A stretch of DNA of 64,000 nucleotides from Flavobacteriales bacterium (GTDB lineage: Bacteria; Bacteroidota; Bacteroidia; Flavobacteriales_F; PHOS-HE28), in the NCBI GenBank assembly GCA_041391785.1, contig JAWKNI010000005.1, positions 107,945 to 171,944 on the forward strand. Direction: 5' to 3'. Shown here piece by piece: positions 40,001-48,818 of this stretch. The position numbers and the translations under genes are program-made. The number at the start of each line of letters is the position of its first letter. Position 1 is the stretch's first letter. The notes under the pieces were generated by a model. It had not been told where the DNA came from and ran no database searches. It was given only the letters and a program-made list of their open reading frames with translations.

Positions 40001-40813
40001 CGAGAGGCTGGCTTCCACCTGATTGAAGGCGAACTTGTCCAGACCGACGATGTCCGTGATGTCCTTGCCGACCTTGTAGCCGGAGGTAAGGTATTCGACG
40101 CCTCCGAAGAAATTGCGGCTGGGACCACGCGTGGTGATGTTCACCAGACCACCGGTCACGTCACCGTAGTTCGCAGGCACACCACCGGTGATCACCTGCA
40201 CCTCCTCGATCGCGCTCTTGGGCAGGCCCGTGCCCGCACCGGCCGGCACTTTCACACCATCGATATAGTAATAGGTGTTCTCCGTACGTGCACCGCGAAT
40301 GCTGATGCCACCATCGGTACCGGCCGTGCTGGCGCCGGCAACGGTCGTCGCAATGCTGGCCGCCGAACGACCGGGCATCTTGGCGATGTCCTCCCGGGTC
40401 ACGGTACCACCGGATGCACCACCATCGCGCTGGATCAGCGGAACATTGTACTGCACCACTTCGAACTCCTTCAGTTCGATACCGGAATTGAGGCCGATGT
40501 TGAGGAAGGTGATGGTGTTGCTGTTGACGACCACCCCTTGTTGCTTGGACGGCTGGTACCCGGTGTATGCGACGATCACGTCATAGGTACCCGGTTCGAT
40601 CGGTTTGATGAAGTATTCCCCGTCGAAGTCCGTGGACCCGCCGGTCACCTGAACGCCATTGCGTTCGATCACGACACTTACGAACGGAAGAGGTTCACTG
40701 GTCTTCTTATCGGTGACCTTGCCCTTGAGGCTGCCGGAACCCGTTTGGGCACTTGCGGCGAGCACACAGCAGATGGAAAGGGCGATTGTAGAGAATAGTC
40801 TTCTCAACATCAA
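37052..40813 (-). CDS. Oversized TonB-dependent receptor (1253 aa) with N-terminal CarboxypepD_reg domain
   Basis: Signal peptide, GSLKGKVTDKKTSEPLPFVSVVIERNG (CarboxypepD_reg), plug domain (TVTREDIAKMPGRS...ISIRGARTENTYYYIDGV), C-terminal ...RTIRLGVRFDF. Confidence 0.85.
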   Translation of the reverse strand: MMLRRLFSTIALSICCVLAASAQTGSGSLKGKVTDKKTSEPLPFVSVVIERNGVQVTGGSTDFDGEYFIKPIEPGTYDVIVAYTGYQPSKQQGVVVNSNTITFLNIGLNSGIELKEFEVVQYNVPLIQRDGGASGGTVTREDIAKMPGRSAASIATTVAGASTAGTDGGISIRGARTENTYYYIDGVKVPAGAGTGLPKSAIEEVQVITGGVPANYGDVTGGLVNITTRGPSRNFFGGVEYLTSGYKVGKDITDIVGLDKFAFNQVEASLSGPILFKKDSLGNKDKPLIGFFVSGQFTDVVDDAPSYIGDIRVRPEVRDAILSDPARLLPSGANDFTLGYSSEFLRTGDTETLKTRQNAGKTSYLASGKLDITTTPTINLSVGGSFDYGNRQDYNRKNALLNAENNYRVKETTWRGFVKFTQRFLNRTEEEEKRSTIQNAFYSLQLDYSRYQSNVEDFVHGDNFFDYGYVGRFNTYRAPRFELRDSRWVQIGERDTLVTFTPGTQNPDLASINNFYFNAFPQENFPIQELFGAPQGSDPNYVGFYQNFAETQSRGVIWNGLRPRGLYDIWNNIGFIDDPNGAEYRKRQNDQIRFTAFGSADINQHAVSVGVEYEQLTQRRYDLAPIGLWTRARALGNAHILEWQDTAVTNIVQIPNSLPFYFYSRNNDLSRQSTFDRSLREALGLDPNGADFIDIDALDPGVFSLDMFAPDELINNGNNLVSYVGYDHLGNKLTSKPSFDSFFTAKDEKGNFTRLQAPFEPIYIAGYVMDKFAFDDIIFNVGVRVDRYDANQNVLTDPYLWQEAYTAGSAVPDADIAAQLANRPGNIGDDFVVYVDNFGSPNTIKGYRDGDIWYSPTGVELNDGGNSVQEAGQIRPYLIEGGDADDLPGSELSRKAFRDYTPVVNVMPRVAFSFPISDEAVFFAHYDVLTQRPNALQSRGDLLEYAYNFTTGNILNNPDLSPTKTIDYELGFQQVLSKSSSLKLSAFYRELRDQIQIVNRNNAWPRSYRTYENIDFGTVKGFTASFDLRRTGNVWMRASYTLQFADGTGSGPNTGVSLVNSGQANLRTIVPLDFDQRHRFAATMDFRYGAGKDYNGPMLFGKPIFQRTGLNVVGILGSGTPYSRSSQVVNEAVENTNYRLDGTLNGARLPWQFTTDLQLDRDITLSFGGEEGDKAKSANLNIYLLVTNVFNTQNITGVYRYTGSPDNDGYLAQLTDRSQIDPDSFRDLYALKINTPDNYGAPRTIRLGVRFDF

Positions 40814-41060
40814 CGGTAGGTTTTACGTTCTTCGGAACTGCGCAACGAGGGGGCGCTAATATAGCAAGTTCCCGTAACCGCAAGAATTTCATTCTGCCTT
40901 GTCAGTCGCGGGCTGCGTGAGGTGCCAATGCTCTTCGCACGGATGGATATGGAGCAGGACATGGGCATCGCCGGTGTCGTTGCGCTAAAGATATCGTCAA
41001 TGCAATGTGAAGAAGGACATTCCGATCCGCGAAGCTTCGCCGATCCTATACATGTCCACC

Positions 41061-41357
41061 TCAGCGCTTGCGGCTGAACAACCGGCTGAAGAAGCCGTCC
41101 GTGTGCCTTCCGGACCCCTTGCGCTCGGCGCGCTTGGTGTTGCGCTTGATGCGCTTGCGGGTGTCCTTGCTCTGGATGTCCAGGTGGCGCTTGCGTCCTT
41201 CCTTGTCCCGCTTCTTGTCCGCCTTCTTTTCTTCCTTGGCCTTCTTCTCCAGCAATTTCTCCTGCTTCTTCCGGCTGATCCCGTCCTGGGCATGGTTCGC
41301 CGCAGGAATGGCAGTGATCAACAGGAGTACCAGTATGGATCGAAGAAATGCGCGCAT
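41061..41357 (-). CDS. Small secreted Lys/Arg-rich protein (98 aa), hypothetical
   Basis: Convincing signal peptide MRAFLRSILVLLLITAIPAANHAQ followed by KKQEKLLEKKAKEEKKADKKRDKEGRKR...; could also be a high-GC frame artefact. Confidence 0.35.
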   Translation of the reverse strand: MRAFLRSILVLLLITAIPAANHAQDGISRKKQEKLLEKKAKEEKKADKKRDKEGRKRHLDIQSKDTRKRIKRNTKRAERKGSGRHTDGFFSRLFSRKR

Positions 41358-41426
41358 GTTCGGTACAAGGATAACGCACCGATCCTTCGCAACGTACTTC
41401 CCTACATTTGTGTGCGTTACCCGAAC

Positions 41427-41855
41427 ATGTTCGTGAAGTCCGGATACCTCTTCCTGCTGACAATTGCGGTGGTACTGACGGCCTCCTGCCGGAAGACCGA
41501 ACGCGCTGGTGTGCCCCTGACACCGGTGGACATCAGCATCAATGTGAACAATCCATCCTATGCGGACATCGCCGTACCCGGCGGGTGGCTCTACCTCACC
41601 GGTGGATCACAGGGGATCATCGTGTACCGCACTTCGCCGGACGCCTTCGTTGCCATGGACCGTCACTGTCCCTACCAACCGGCTGAACTGTGTCGCGTGG
41701 TCGTGGATGAGAGCGAGATCATAGCCCGGGACACCGCCTGCTGCCATTCCGCATTCCTGATCGTCGATGGCAGCGTCTCTGAAGGTCCGTCGGCGCTTCC
41801 GTTGCAGCGCTACAACACCTCCTTCAACGGGACCACGCTGCGGATCTACAACTAG
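41427..41855 (+). CDS. Hypothetical lipoprotein (142 aa) with Cys/His-containing C-terminal half
   Basis: MFVKSGYLFLLTIAVVLTASC lipobox; ...DRHCPYQ...TACCHSAF...; the upstream 140 codons of the track ORF are considered noncoding. Confidence 0.5.
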   Translation: MFVKSGYLFLLTIAVVLTASCRKTERAGVPLTPVDISINVNNPSYADIAVPGGWLYLTGGSQGIIVYRTSPDAFVAMDRHCPYQPAELCRVVVDESEIIARDTACCHSAFLIVDGSVSEGPSALPLQRYNTSFNGTTLRIYN

Positions 41856-41870
41856 TGCATTGCCCTGCCC

Positions 41871-41912
41871 ATGAACAGGAACGCCCGGCTCTTGCCGGGC
41901 GTTCCTGTTCAT
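41871..41912. terminator. Perfect 19-bp stem hairpin between convergent genes (bidirectional terminator)
   Basis: ATGAACAGGAACGCCCGGCtcttGCCGGGCGTTCCTGTTCAT. Confidence 0.6.
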
Positions 41913-41923
41913 GCCATTGCGGA

Positions 41924-43246
41924 TCAGTAGCGGTACTCGTCCGACTTGAACGGCCCGTTCTTCGGGACCCCGATGTACTTGGCCTGCGCATCGGTGAGCT
42001 CCTCCAGCTCCACACCGATCTTGCTCAGGTGCAGCTTGGCCACCATCTCATCCAGGTGCTTGGGCAGCACATACACCTTGTTCTCGTACTTGCCGTGGTT
42101 CTTCCAAAGCTCCAGTTGCGCCAGGGTCTGGTTGGTGAAGCTGTTGCTCATCACGAAGCTCGGGTGGCCCGTGGCGCAGCCCAGGTTCACCAGGCGACCC
42201 TCCGCGAGGATGATGATGTCCTTGCCATCGATGGTGTACTTGTCAACCTGCGGCTTGATCTCCACCTTGGTGTGGCCGTGGTTCTTGTTCAACCAGGCCA
42301 TGTCGATCTCGTTATCGAAGTGGCCGATGTTGCAAATGATGGTCTTGTCCTTCACCGCACGGAAGGCCTGTTCCGTTACGATGTTGAAGTTGCCGGTGGT
42401 GGTGATGATGATGTCCGCCCGGTGCGCATTCGGCACCAGCTTCTTCACCTCATACCCGTCCATGGCGGCCTGCAATGCGCAGATCGGATCGATCTCGGTG
42501 ACGATCACGCGCGCACCGGCCCCACGCAACGATGCAGCGGTCCCCTTGCCCACATCGCCGTAACCACAAACGATGGCGACCTTGCCGGCCATCATCACAT
42601 CGGTGGCGCGGCGGATGGCGTCAACGGCACTCTCCTTGCAACCGTACTTGTTGTCGAACTTGCTCTTGGTAACGCTGTCGTTGATGTTGATGGCGGGCAT
42701 CACCAGCGTGCCATTCCGTTCGCGGTCCTTCAACCGGAGCACTCCGGTGGTGGTCTCTTCGCTGAGCCCCTTGATGTCCTTCACCAGCTCCGGGAACTTG
42801 TCGAAGACCATGTTGGTGAGGTCGCCGCCATCATCGAGGATCATGTTCAGCGGCTTGCCCCCTTCAAAGGCGAAGAGGGTCTGCTCGATGCACCAGTCGA
42901 ACTCCTGCTCGGTAAGGCCCTTCCATGCGAACACGGGGATCCCGGCCTTGGCCATGGCGGCAGCGGCATGGTCCTGCGTGCTGAAGATGTTGCAACTGCT
43001 CCAGCTCACCTCGGCGCCAAGCGCCTTGAGCGTCTCGATGAGCACTGCGGTCTGGATGGTCATGTGCAGGCATCCGGCGATACGCGCTCCCTTCAGCGGC
43101 TGCTCCTTGCCATACATTTCACGGAGGGACATGAGCCCCGGCATCTCGGCCTCGGCAAGTTCGATCTCTTTGCGGCCCCATTCGGCAAGGGACATGTCCT
43201 TCACCTTGTACTTGAGCTGCTCTTTGGTCTGCATGGTCGTATTCAT
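41924..43246 (-). CDS. ahcY: Adenosylhomocysteinase (S-adenosyl-L-homocysteine hydrolase)
   Basis: [39 protein letters not shown]... 440 aa; NAD-binding GYGDVGKG. Confidence 0.92.
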   Translation of the reverse strand: MNTTMQTKEQLKYKVKDMSLAEWGRKEIELAEAEMPGLMSLREMYGKEQPLKGARIAGCLHMTIQTAVLIETLKALGAEVSWSSCNIFSTQDHAAAAMAKAGIPVFAWKGLTEQEFDWCIEQTLFAFEGGKPLNMILDDGGDLTNMVFDKFPELVKDIKGLSEETTTGVLRLKDRERNGTLVMPAININDSVTKSKFDNKYGCKESAVDAIRRATDVMMAGKVAIVCGYGDVGKGTAASLRGAGARVIVTEIDPICALQAAMDGYEVKKLVPNAHRADIIITTTGNFNIVTEQAFRAVKDKTIICNIGHFDNEIDMAWLNKNHGHTKVEIKPQVDKYTIDGKDIIILAEGRLVNLGCATGHPSFVMSNSFTNQTLAQLELWKNHGKYENKVYVLPKHLDEMVAKLHLSKIGVELEELTDAQAKYIGVPKNGPFKSDEYRY

Positions 43247-43279
43247 TTCGGCGGCAAAGGTAGGAAGATGTGGTGTGCC

Positions 43280-44077
43280 ATGGCAGCGCACCGCGATCGG
43301 GCATCTGGCCGAGAGGCTCCGTATGTTCGCGGTCCTTTGGGGCCCGTACTCCGGCATATCGAGACCGCTCGCGCCACCGGCAGGAAATTGCTGGCGGTAT
43401 TGATCGACCCCGACCTGGGTGAGGATGGAGCGCGGTTGGAGCGCACCGTGCAACATGCCTGCATGGCGAAGGCCGACCTGATCTTCGTAGGTGGAAGCCT
43501 GCTCACCTCGGCGGCATTCGATCGTTGTGTGGCACTCGTGAGGCAATGGAGCGATCGCCCCGTGGTCCTGTTCCCCGGCAGCCCCGCCCAACTGAGCGCA
43601 CATGCGGATGCGGTGCTTTTCCTGAGCCTTATCAGCGGTCGGAACGCCGAATTGTTGATCGGGCACCATGTGACGGCCGCACCGATCGTGAAGGCACTGG
43701 GCATCGAGGCGCTTCCCACGGGATACATGCTCGTGGACGGTGACCGACCGACCACCGTGAGCTACGTGAGCCAGACCTCCCCGATCCCGCACAACAAACC
43801 GGCCATCGCAGCGGTGACCGCCCTTGCGGGGGAGTTACTGGGCCTGCGGACCATCTATTTGGATACGGGAAGTGGAGCCGACCGGACCGTGCATCCTGAA
43901 ATGGTGCGTGCCGTGCGTGCAGCGGTCGATCTCCCCATCATCGTAGGCGGGGGGATCCGTGATGTGGATGGCGCCCGAGCACTTTGTGATGCCGGGGCGG
44001 ATGTGATCGTGGTGGGCACCGCCTTCGAGGAGGATCCCCAGCGGATCTTCATGATGAGCGAAGCCGTGCATCGCTGA
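43280..44077 (+). CDS. Geranylgeranylglyceryl/heptaprenylglyceryl phosphate synthase family (PcrB/GGGPS-like)
   Basis: ...[12 protein letters not shown]...ADLIFVGGS...[10 protein letters not shown]...IIVGGGIRD; start ambiguous (ATG 43280 leaves only 33 bp to divergent ahcY; TTG 43337 alternative). Confidence 0.65.
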   Translation: MAAHRDRASGREAPYVRGPLGPVLRHIETARATGRKLLAVLIDPDLGEDGARLERTVQHACMAKADLIFVGGSLLTSAAFDRCVALVRQWSDRPVVLFPGSPAQLSAHADAVLFLSLISGRNAELLIGHHVTAAPIVKALGIEALPTGYMLVDGDRPTTVSYVSQTSPIPHNKPAIAAVTALAGELLGLRTIYLDTGSGADRTVHPEMVRAVRAAVDLPIIVGGGIRDVDGARALCDAGADVIVVGTAFEEDPQRIFMMSEAVHR

Positions 44078-44088
44078 CCGGTCCTTGC

Positions 44089-45201
44089 TCAGGCCCGCTT
44101 CCGATAGCTCAGGACGGCAAGTCCATTGATGGCCAAAGCGAATGCAGTGATCGCCCCGAAGTGCTTCGCGATGTCACGCGCACCGCTTCCTTTCAGCAGC
44201 ACCATGCGTACCACCTCGACGAAATAACTGACCGGATCGAACCAGGTGATGCGCTGCGCCCAGGCCGGCATGTTGTCGATGGAGGTGAACAAGCCGCTCA
44301 TGAGCACGAAGATCACCAGGAAGAACCAGGAGACGAACATGCTCTGCTGCTGGGTGTCGCTGATCGTACTGATGAGCAGGCCCAGCCCCAGCATCACCCA
44401 GAGGTAGACCGCTGCGAACGCGAAAAGCAATGGTATGCTCCCCTCCATCGGTATGCGGAAAGCCACCTTGCCCACGATGAGGCCGACGGCCAGGAGGAAC
44501 AAGCTGATGAACCAGAATGGAAGGAGCTTGCCGAGAATGAACTGCCACTTCCTGATCGGGGTGACATTGAGCTGCTCGATCGTACCCAGTTCCTTTTCGC
44601 GCACGATGTTCATGCTGCTCAGGAACATGCCGACCAATGTGACGAGCACGACCAGGAGACCGGGAACCATCAGGTTCTTGTAGTTCATCCGCATGTTGTA
44701 CCAGAAACGCGGGATGGCCTGCACCGGTGGACCCGTGGCAGTGGACGAATGCATGCGTTGCACGATGCTCACCTGCTCATCGGCGATGATCGATCGCACA
44801 TAGATCAGGACGAGGCTGGCGAACTGCCCATCCACTCCGTTGAGGTCGAGCATCACCGGTGCATGCATGGTGCTCCGAATGTCCTTCTCGAACCGGTTCG
44901 GTATGCGCAGGAAGGCATCCGTACGCCCACCGTCCAGTGCGTCCATGCCTTCCTTGAAACCGCCGAACCCCTCCTGCACGTGGAAGAGATCCGAGGCCTC
45001 CAGCCTGTGCACCAGCGCACGGGACATCGCGCTACGGTCCATGTCATTCACAAGCAAGCGAACGTTGCGCACCTCGAAATCCGCCGCGTGCACAAGGATG
45101 AGCAACTGGGCGACCGGTGCCACGAAGATGATCGGCAGCATGCCCTTGTTCCGGAAGATCTGCAGGAATTCCTTGCGCAGCATATGCAGCACGGTCCTCA
45201 T
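44089..45201 (-). CDS. ABC-2 family transporter permease
   Basis: MRTVLHMLRKEFLQIFRNKGMLPIIFVAPVAQLLIL...; 6 TM C-terminal domain. Confidence 0.8.
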   Translation of the reverse strand: MRTVLHMLRKEFLQIFRNKGMLPIIFVAPVAQLLILVHAADFEVRNVRLLVNDMDRSAMSRALVHRLEASDLFHVQEGFGGFKEGMDALDGGRTDAFLRIPNRFEKDIRSTMHAPVMLDLNGVDGQFASLVLIYVRSIIADEQVSIVQRMHSSTATGPPVQAIPRFWYNMRMNYKNLMVPGLLVVLVTLVGMFLSSMNIVREKELGTIEQLNVTPIRKWQFILGKLLPFWFISLFLLAVGLIVGKVAFRIPMEGSIPLLFAFAAVYLWVMLGLGLLISTISDTQQQSMFVSWFFLVIFVLMSGLFTSIDNMPAWAQRITWFDPVSYFVEVVRMVLLKGSGARDIAKHFGAITAFALAINGLAVLSYRKRA

Positions 45202-46298
45202 TGCAGGCGTACGTTGAATTTGCGAATGCTCACGGCCAGCAGGAAAAGACACATGCCGATGAGGATGACCGTCTGGGGCCAAAGCACTTCCATCCCGACA
45301 CCCTTCAACATGATCCCGCGCAGGATGATGATGAAATGCTTGGCCGGCATCACGTTGCTGACCACCTGCAACGGGAGCGGCATGCTGCTCGTGGGAAAGA
45401 TGAAACCACTGAGCAGGATCGTCGGCATCATCAGCACGAACAAGGAAAGCATCAATGCCGTCTGCTGGTTCCTGGCGATCGTACTGAACAACAGGCCCAG
45501 GCTCAACGCGGTCAGTATGAAGAGCAGGCCCTCGCCCGCCAGCAACAGGTAGCTTCCGTGCATCGGCACATCGAAGAGCAGACGGCCCACGCTGAATACG
45601 AAGGTGGCGTTGACCAGGGAAAGCAAGAGGTAAGGCACGGCCTTGCCCAGGACGATCATCACGGGGCGCAAAGGCGATACGAGCATGATCTCCATGCTCC
45701 CATATTCCTTTTCCCGCGCGATGCTGACCGATGTGAGCATCGCGGAGACGAGCATGAGCACGATGGTGATCACCCCCGGTACGAAGAGGTAGACACTCTT
45801 CATCTCAGGATTGTAGTGCATGCGGTGCTGCACGTTGATGACCTCCACGGAAGGGGCGACCCGGTACCGTCCGGACCATTTGGCGATCATCTGCCCTGCG
45901 TAGCCGGTGATGATGCTGGCGACGTTAGGGTCCGAAGCGTCGGCGATCAGCGCGATGCTGGCCCTACCTTCCTCGAAGGAGCGTGCGAAGTCGGGACCGA
46001 TCTCCACCACCATCTTCGCAGCACCTTCCTCAAAGACCCGTTGGATCTCCGGGGGCGCATGCAATGTGCCGGCATGCATGAAGTAGCCCGAGGCGAAAAG
46101 GGAATTGATCAGATCGGTGCTGCGGACGTCCCCACTGCGATCGAGCACCGCCACCTTTGCCTCCTTCACCTCGGTATTGATGGCATAGCCGAAGAGGATG
46201 ATCTGGAGCACCGGCATGCCGAACAGGACCAGCAGGGTCCGCCGATCCCGCAGAATGTGCAGGAACTCCTTTCGCACGAAGGATCGGAAGGTCTTCAT
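45198..46298 (-). CDS. ABC-2 family transporter permease (second)
   Basis: MKTFRSFVRKEFLHILRDRRTLLVLFGMPVLQIILF... Confidence 0.8.
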   Translation of the reverse strand: MKTFRSFVRKEFLHILRDRRTLLVLFGMPVLQIILFGYAINTEVKEAKVAVLDRSGDVRSTDLINSLFASGYFMHAGTLHAPPEIQRVFEEGAAKMVVEIGPDFARSFEEGRASIALIADASDPNVASIITGYAGQMIAKWSGRYRVAPSVEVINVQHRMHYNPEMKSVYLFVPGVITIVLMLVSAMLTSVSIAREKEYGSMEIMLVSPLRPVMIVLGKAVPYLLLSLVNATFVFSVGRLLFDVPMHGSYLLLAGEGLLFILTALSLGLLFSTIARNQQTALMLSLFVLMMPTILLSGFIFPTSSMPLPLQVVSNVMPAKHFIIILRGIMLKGVGMEVLWPQTVILIGMCLFLLAVSIRKFNVRLQ

Positions 46299-47035
46299 TC
46301 GTTCCTTGAGGCGCCGCGCGCCAATCGGTAGAACACTTCATCCATCGAGGATGCCTCGAACCGAAGTTTGAGCGCCGCCGGCGTGTCACAGGCCGCCATG
46401 ACACCATCCACCATGATGCTGGCACGGTGGCAGTACTCCGCCTCATCCATGTAGTGCGTGGTCACGAACACGGTGACACCACCATCAGCAGCCGCATAGA
46501 TCATCTCCCAGAACTGCCGGCGCGTGACCGGGTCCACGCCTCCGGTGGGCTCGTCCAGGAAGACCACTCGCGGCCGGTGGATCAACGCAACGCTGAAAGC
46601 AAGCTTCTGCTTCCACCCGAGGGGAAGTCCGGCAAGCCGCGCATCCGCATGACCCTGAAGTCCCAGTTCGTTGAGCAGGTCCATTGTACGTTCCTTCAAT
46701 TCGACCTTGCGCAGGCCGTACACGCCGCCATAGAAGCGGATGTTCTCCCGTACGGTAAGGTCATTGTACAGGGAGAAGCGCTGGCTCATGTATCCGATGC
46801 TTCGCTTGATGGCATCACTCTCGCTGTACACATCGTGACCGGCAACGGTGGCCTGCCCTTCAGAAGGCCGCAACAACCCGATGAACATCTTCATCGCAGT
46901 GGTCTTGCCCGCACCATTGGCTCCGAGGAAGCCGAAGATCTCGCCGGGCTTCACATCCAGGTCGATACGGTCCACTGCGGTGAACGTGCCGAAGCGCTTG
47001 GTGAGACCGCGTGCATGTATGACCGCGCCACTCAT
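46295..47035 (-). CDS. ABC transporter ATP-binding protein
   Basis: Walker A GANGAGKTT, signature, Walker B VVFLDEPTGGVD. Confidence 0.9.
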   Translation of the reverse strand: MSGAVIHARGLTKRFGTFTAVDRIDLDVKPGEIFGFLGANGAGKTTAMKMFIGLLRPSEGQATVAGHDVYSESDAIKRSIGYMSQRFSLYNDLTVRENIRFYGGVYGLRKVELKERTMDLLNELGLQGHADARLAGLPLGWKQKLAFSVALIHRPRVVFLDEPTGGVDPVTRRQFWEMIYAAADGGVTVFVTTHYMDEAEYCHRASIMVDGVMAACDTPAALKLRFEASSMDEVFYRLARGASRNE

Positions 47036-47928
47036 CCCATCAAGTGCATGAACAGGTCCTCGATGCCAGGCTCAATGGCCTGCAATCGTACTTCTCCGAT
47101 ACCGGTGCGGTCCAGCTCCGCGCGCACCCGGTCCAGATCCAAAGGAGCCTTCGCAGTGACGTGCACGGAACCACCGAACGGGTGCACATGCAGCACCTCC
47201 GGGATGGTGCGCAATGAACGCAGAAGCCGGTAGGGATCATTCGCGATCGCCTCATACAGCGGGCGGTCGAATCCGGCCGTGATCGCATCCGGCGTGCCGG
47301 TACGAAGCAAGTTCCCGTTCTGGATCAGCCCGATCCGGTCGCATTGGCCCGCCTCATCCATGTACGGCGTGCTGACCAGGATGGTGATGCCTTCGTTCCG
47401 CAGCTTGTGCAGCATGGTCCAGAACTCCCGGCGACTCACCGCATCCACCCCTGTGGTCGGTTCATCGAGCACGAGCACCAGCGGACGATGGATCAGAGCG
47501 CAGCTCAGGGCGAGCTTTTGTTTCATGCCCCCGCTCAACGCACCGGCTCGTCGGTCCGCAAAGGGTTCCAACATCACATAGATGTCCTTGATCAGGTCGT
47601 AATTCTCCTCGACCGTCGTGCGGAAGACACTGGCGAAGAACTCCAGGTTCTCGCGCACCGTAAGATCCTGGTACAAGGAGAAGGTGCCCGGCATGTAGCC
47701 CACGTGTTCGCGCACGTGGAAGTAATCCTTCACCACATCGCGGCCATTGAAGGTGATCGTGCCTGCATCGGGTAACAGGAGTGTGACGAGCGCACGGAAC
47801 AATGTGGTCTTACCCGCACCATCCGGACCGATGAGCCCGAACAGTTCACCCTTGGGCACCGAAAAGGACACGTCGCTCAGTGCAGCGGTGGCGCCGTAGC
47901 GCTTCGATACCTTGTCGATGACGATCAT
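47032..47928 (-). CDS. ABC transporter ATP-binding protein (second)
   Basis: GPDGAGKTT, LSGGMKQKLAL, LVLVLDEPTTGVD. Confidence 0.9.
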   Translation of the reverse strand: MIVIDKVSKRYGATAALSDVSFSVPKGELFGLIGPDGAGKTTLFRALVTLLLPDAGTITFNGRDVVKDYFHVREHVGYMPGTFSLYQDLTVRENLEFFASVFRTTVEENYDLIKDIYVMLEPFADRRAGALSGGMKQKLALSCALIHRPLVLVLDEPTTGVDAVSRREFWTMLHKLRNEGITILVSTPYMDEAGQCDRIGLIQNGNLLRTGTPDAITAGFDRPLYEAIANDPYRLLRSLRTIPEVLHVHPFGGSVHVTAKAPLDLDRVRAELDRTGIGEVRLQAIEPGIEDLFMHLMG

Positions 47929-48818
47929 CGTTCCGCTGGATCGAGGAATACCTCACCGGGCATACCGCTCTTCAACAGGCCTTGCGCGTTGGGCACGCGT
48001 ACCTTGAAGGCATAGACCATATCCACGCGTTCCTCGCGGGTCTGGATCGTCCTTGGTGTGAACTCGGCCTCCGTGCTGATCCAACTCACCCGCCCCGGGA
48101 TGCGGACCAGGCCGCTGTCGCCGCGATCGATGCCTACGTCGACCTGCGCGCCCATTCGCAATGATGCGAGTCGGGCGCCCGTGATGTACGCCCGCAATTC
48201 GAGCGTGTCCATCCGTGCGATCCTGTACAACGGCCTCCCGAGTGTCGCCAACTCATGCGGTTCCGCCAGCTTGCTCACGACCGTGCCACGAACCGGATTG
48301 ACAATGCGCAGATCCTCCAGTTGCTGGCGCAGGTATGCCATGCGCGCATCGAACGCCCGGATCTGTGACACGATGCCGGGATCCTGGGCCTCAAGTGCAG
48401 CCACTTGTTTCTTCTGGATGACGATCGATCCTCGCAGGTCATCCAACTGCTTGGGGGTCGCGGCCTTGCCCTCCACAAGCTTGACCATGCGCGCCTCCTC
48501 GCGCTGCAGATCGGCAAGACGCGCGTCCTGCACGGCGATCCGTGCCACCAGATCACGGGCCTTGCTCGCCATGGCCTCCCGGTTGGCGGCCACCTCCGCG
48601 GCCAATGACCCCAGCAAGGTGGTATCAATGGCACCGACCACATCACCGACCTCCAGCAGCATGCCCTCCTCGACATCGAAGGACCTCAATTCGCCCGAAC
48701 CTTTCGCGCTGATGAGCGTCTCGGCCGCTTCGAAGTTGCCGTATGCATCGGCATCCGCGCCCGTATCGCCGCAGGCCGTGAAAAGCATCGCGAGCGACAT
48801 GAATGTGAAGGTCCTCAT
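47925..48818 (-). CDS. HlyD-family periplasmic adaptor (lipoprotein)
   Basis: MSLAMLFTAC lipobox, coiled-coil region, beta-barrel C-terminus; sits between TolC and ABC genes. Confidence 0.8.
   Translation of the reverse strand: MRTFTFMSLAMLFTACGDTGADADAYGNFEAAETLISAKGSGELRSFDVEEGMLLEVGDVVGAIDTTLLGSLAAEVAANREAMASKARDLVARIAVQDARLADLQREEARMVKLVEGKAATPKQLDDLRGSIVIQKKQVAALEAQDPGIVSQIRAFDARMAYLRQQLEDLRIVNPVRGTVVSKLAEPHELATLGRPLYRIARMDTLELRAYITGARLASLRMGAQVDVGIDRGDSGLVRIPGRVSWISTEAEFTPRTIQTREERVDMVYAFKVRVPNAQGLLKSGMPGEVFLDPAER

Noticed and set aside
40810-41523. 237-aa ORF (minus strand) upstream of the TBDR
   Set aside because: Pro/Arg/Gly-rich translation with no signal peptide or domain. Different frame from the more plausible small KR-rich secreted ORF. 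Region more likely promoter/5' UTR.
41427-41855. Rieske [2Fe-2S] assignment for the small lipoprotein
   Set aside because: Contains Cys/His (DRHCPYQ, TACCHSAF) but not the CxH...CxxH Rieske boxes. Left as hypothetical lipoprotein.
41855-43279. N-terminal ~475 codons of the 740-aa track ORF 41855..44077 running antisense to ahcY
   Set aside because: Lies entirely opposite the strongly supported ahcY CDS and has no recognisable protein features. Only the last ~265 codons (43280-44077) form a real PcrB/GGGPS-like gene. Typical high-GC antisense open frame.
43247-43340. SAH riboswitch upstream of ahcY
   Set aside because: Only 33-90 nt separate ahcY from the divergent PcrB-like gene. No room and no recognisable SAH-element consensus.
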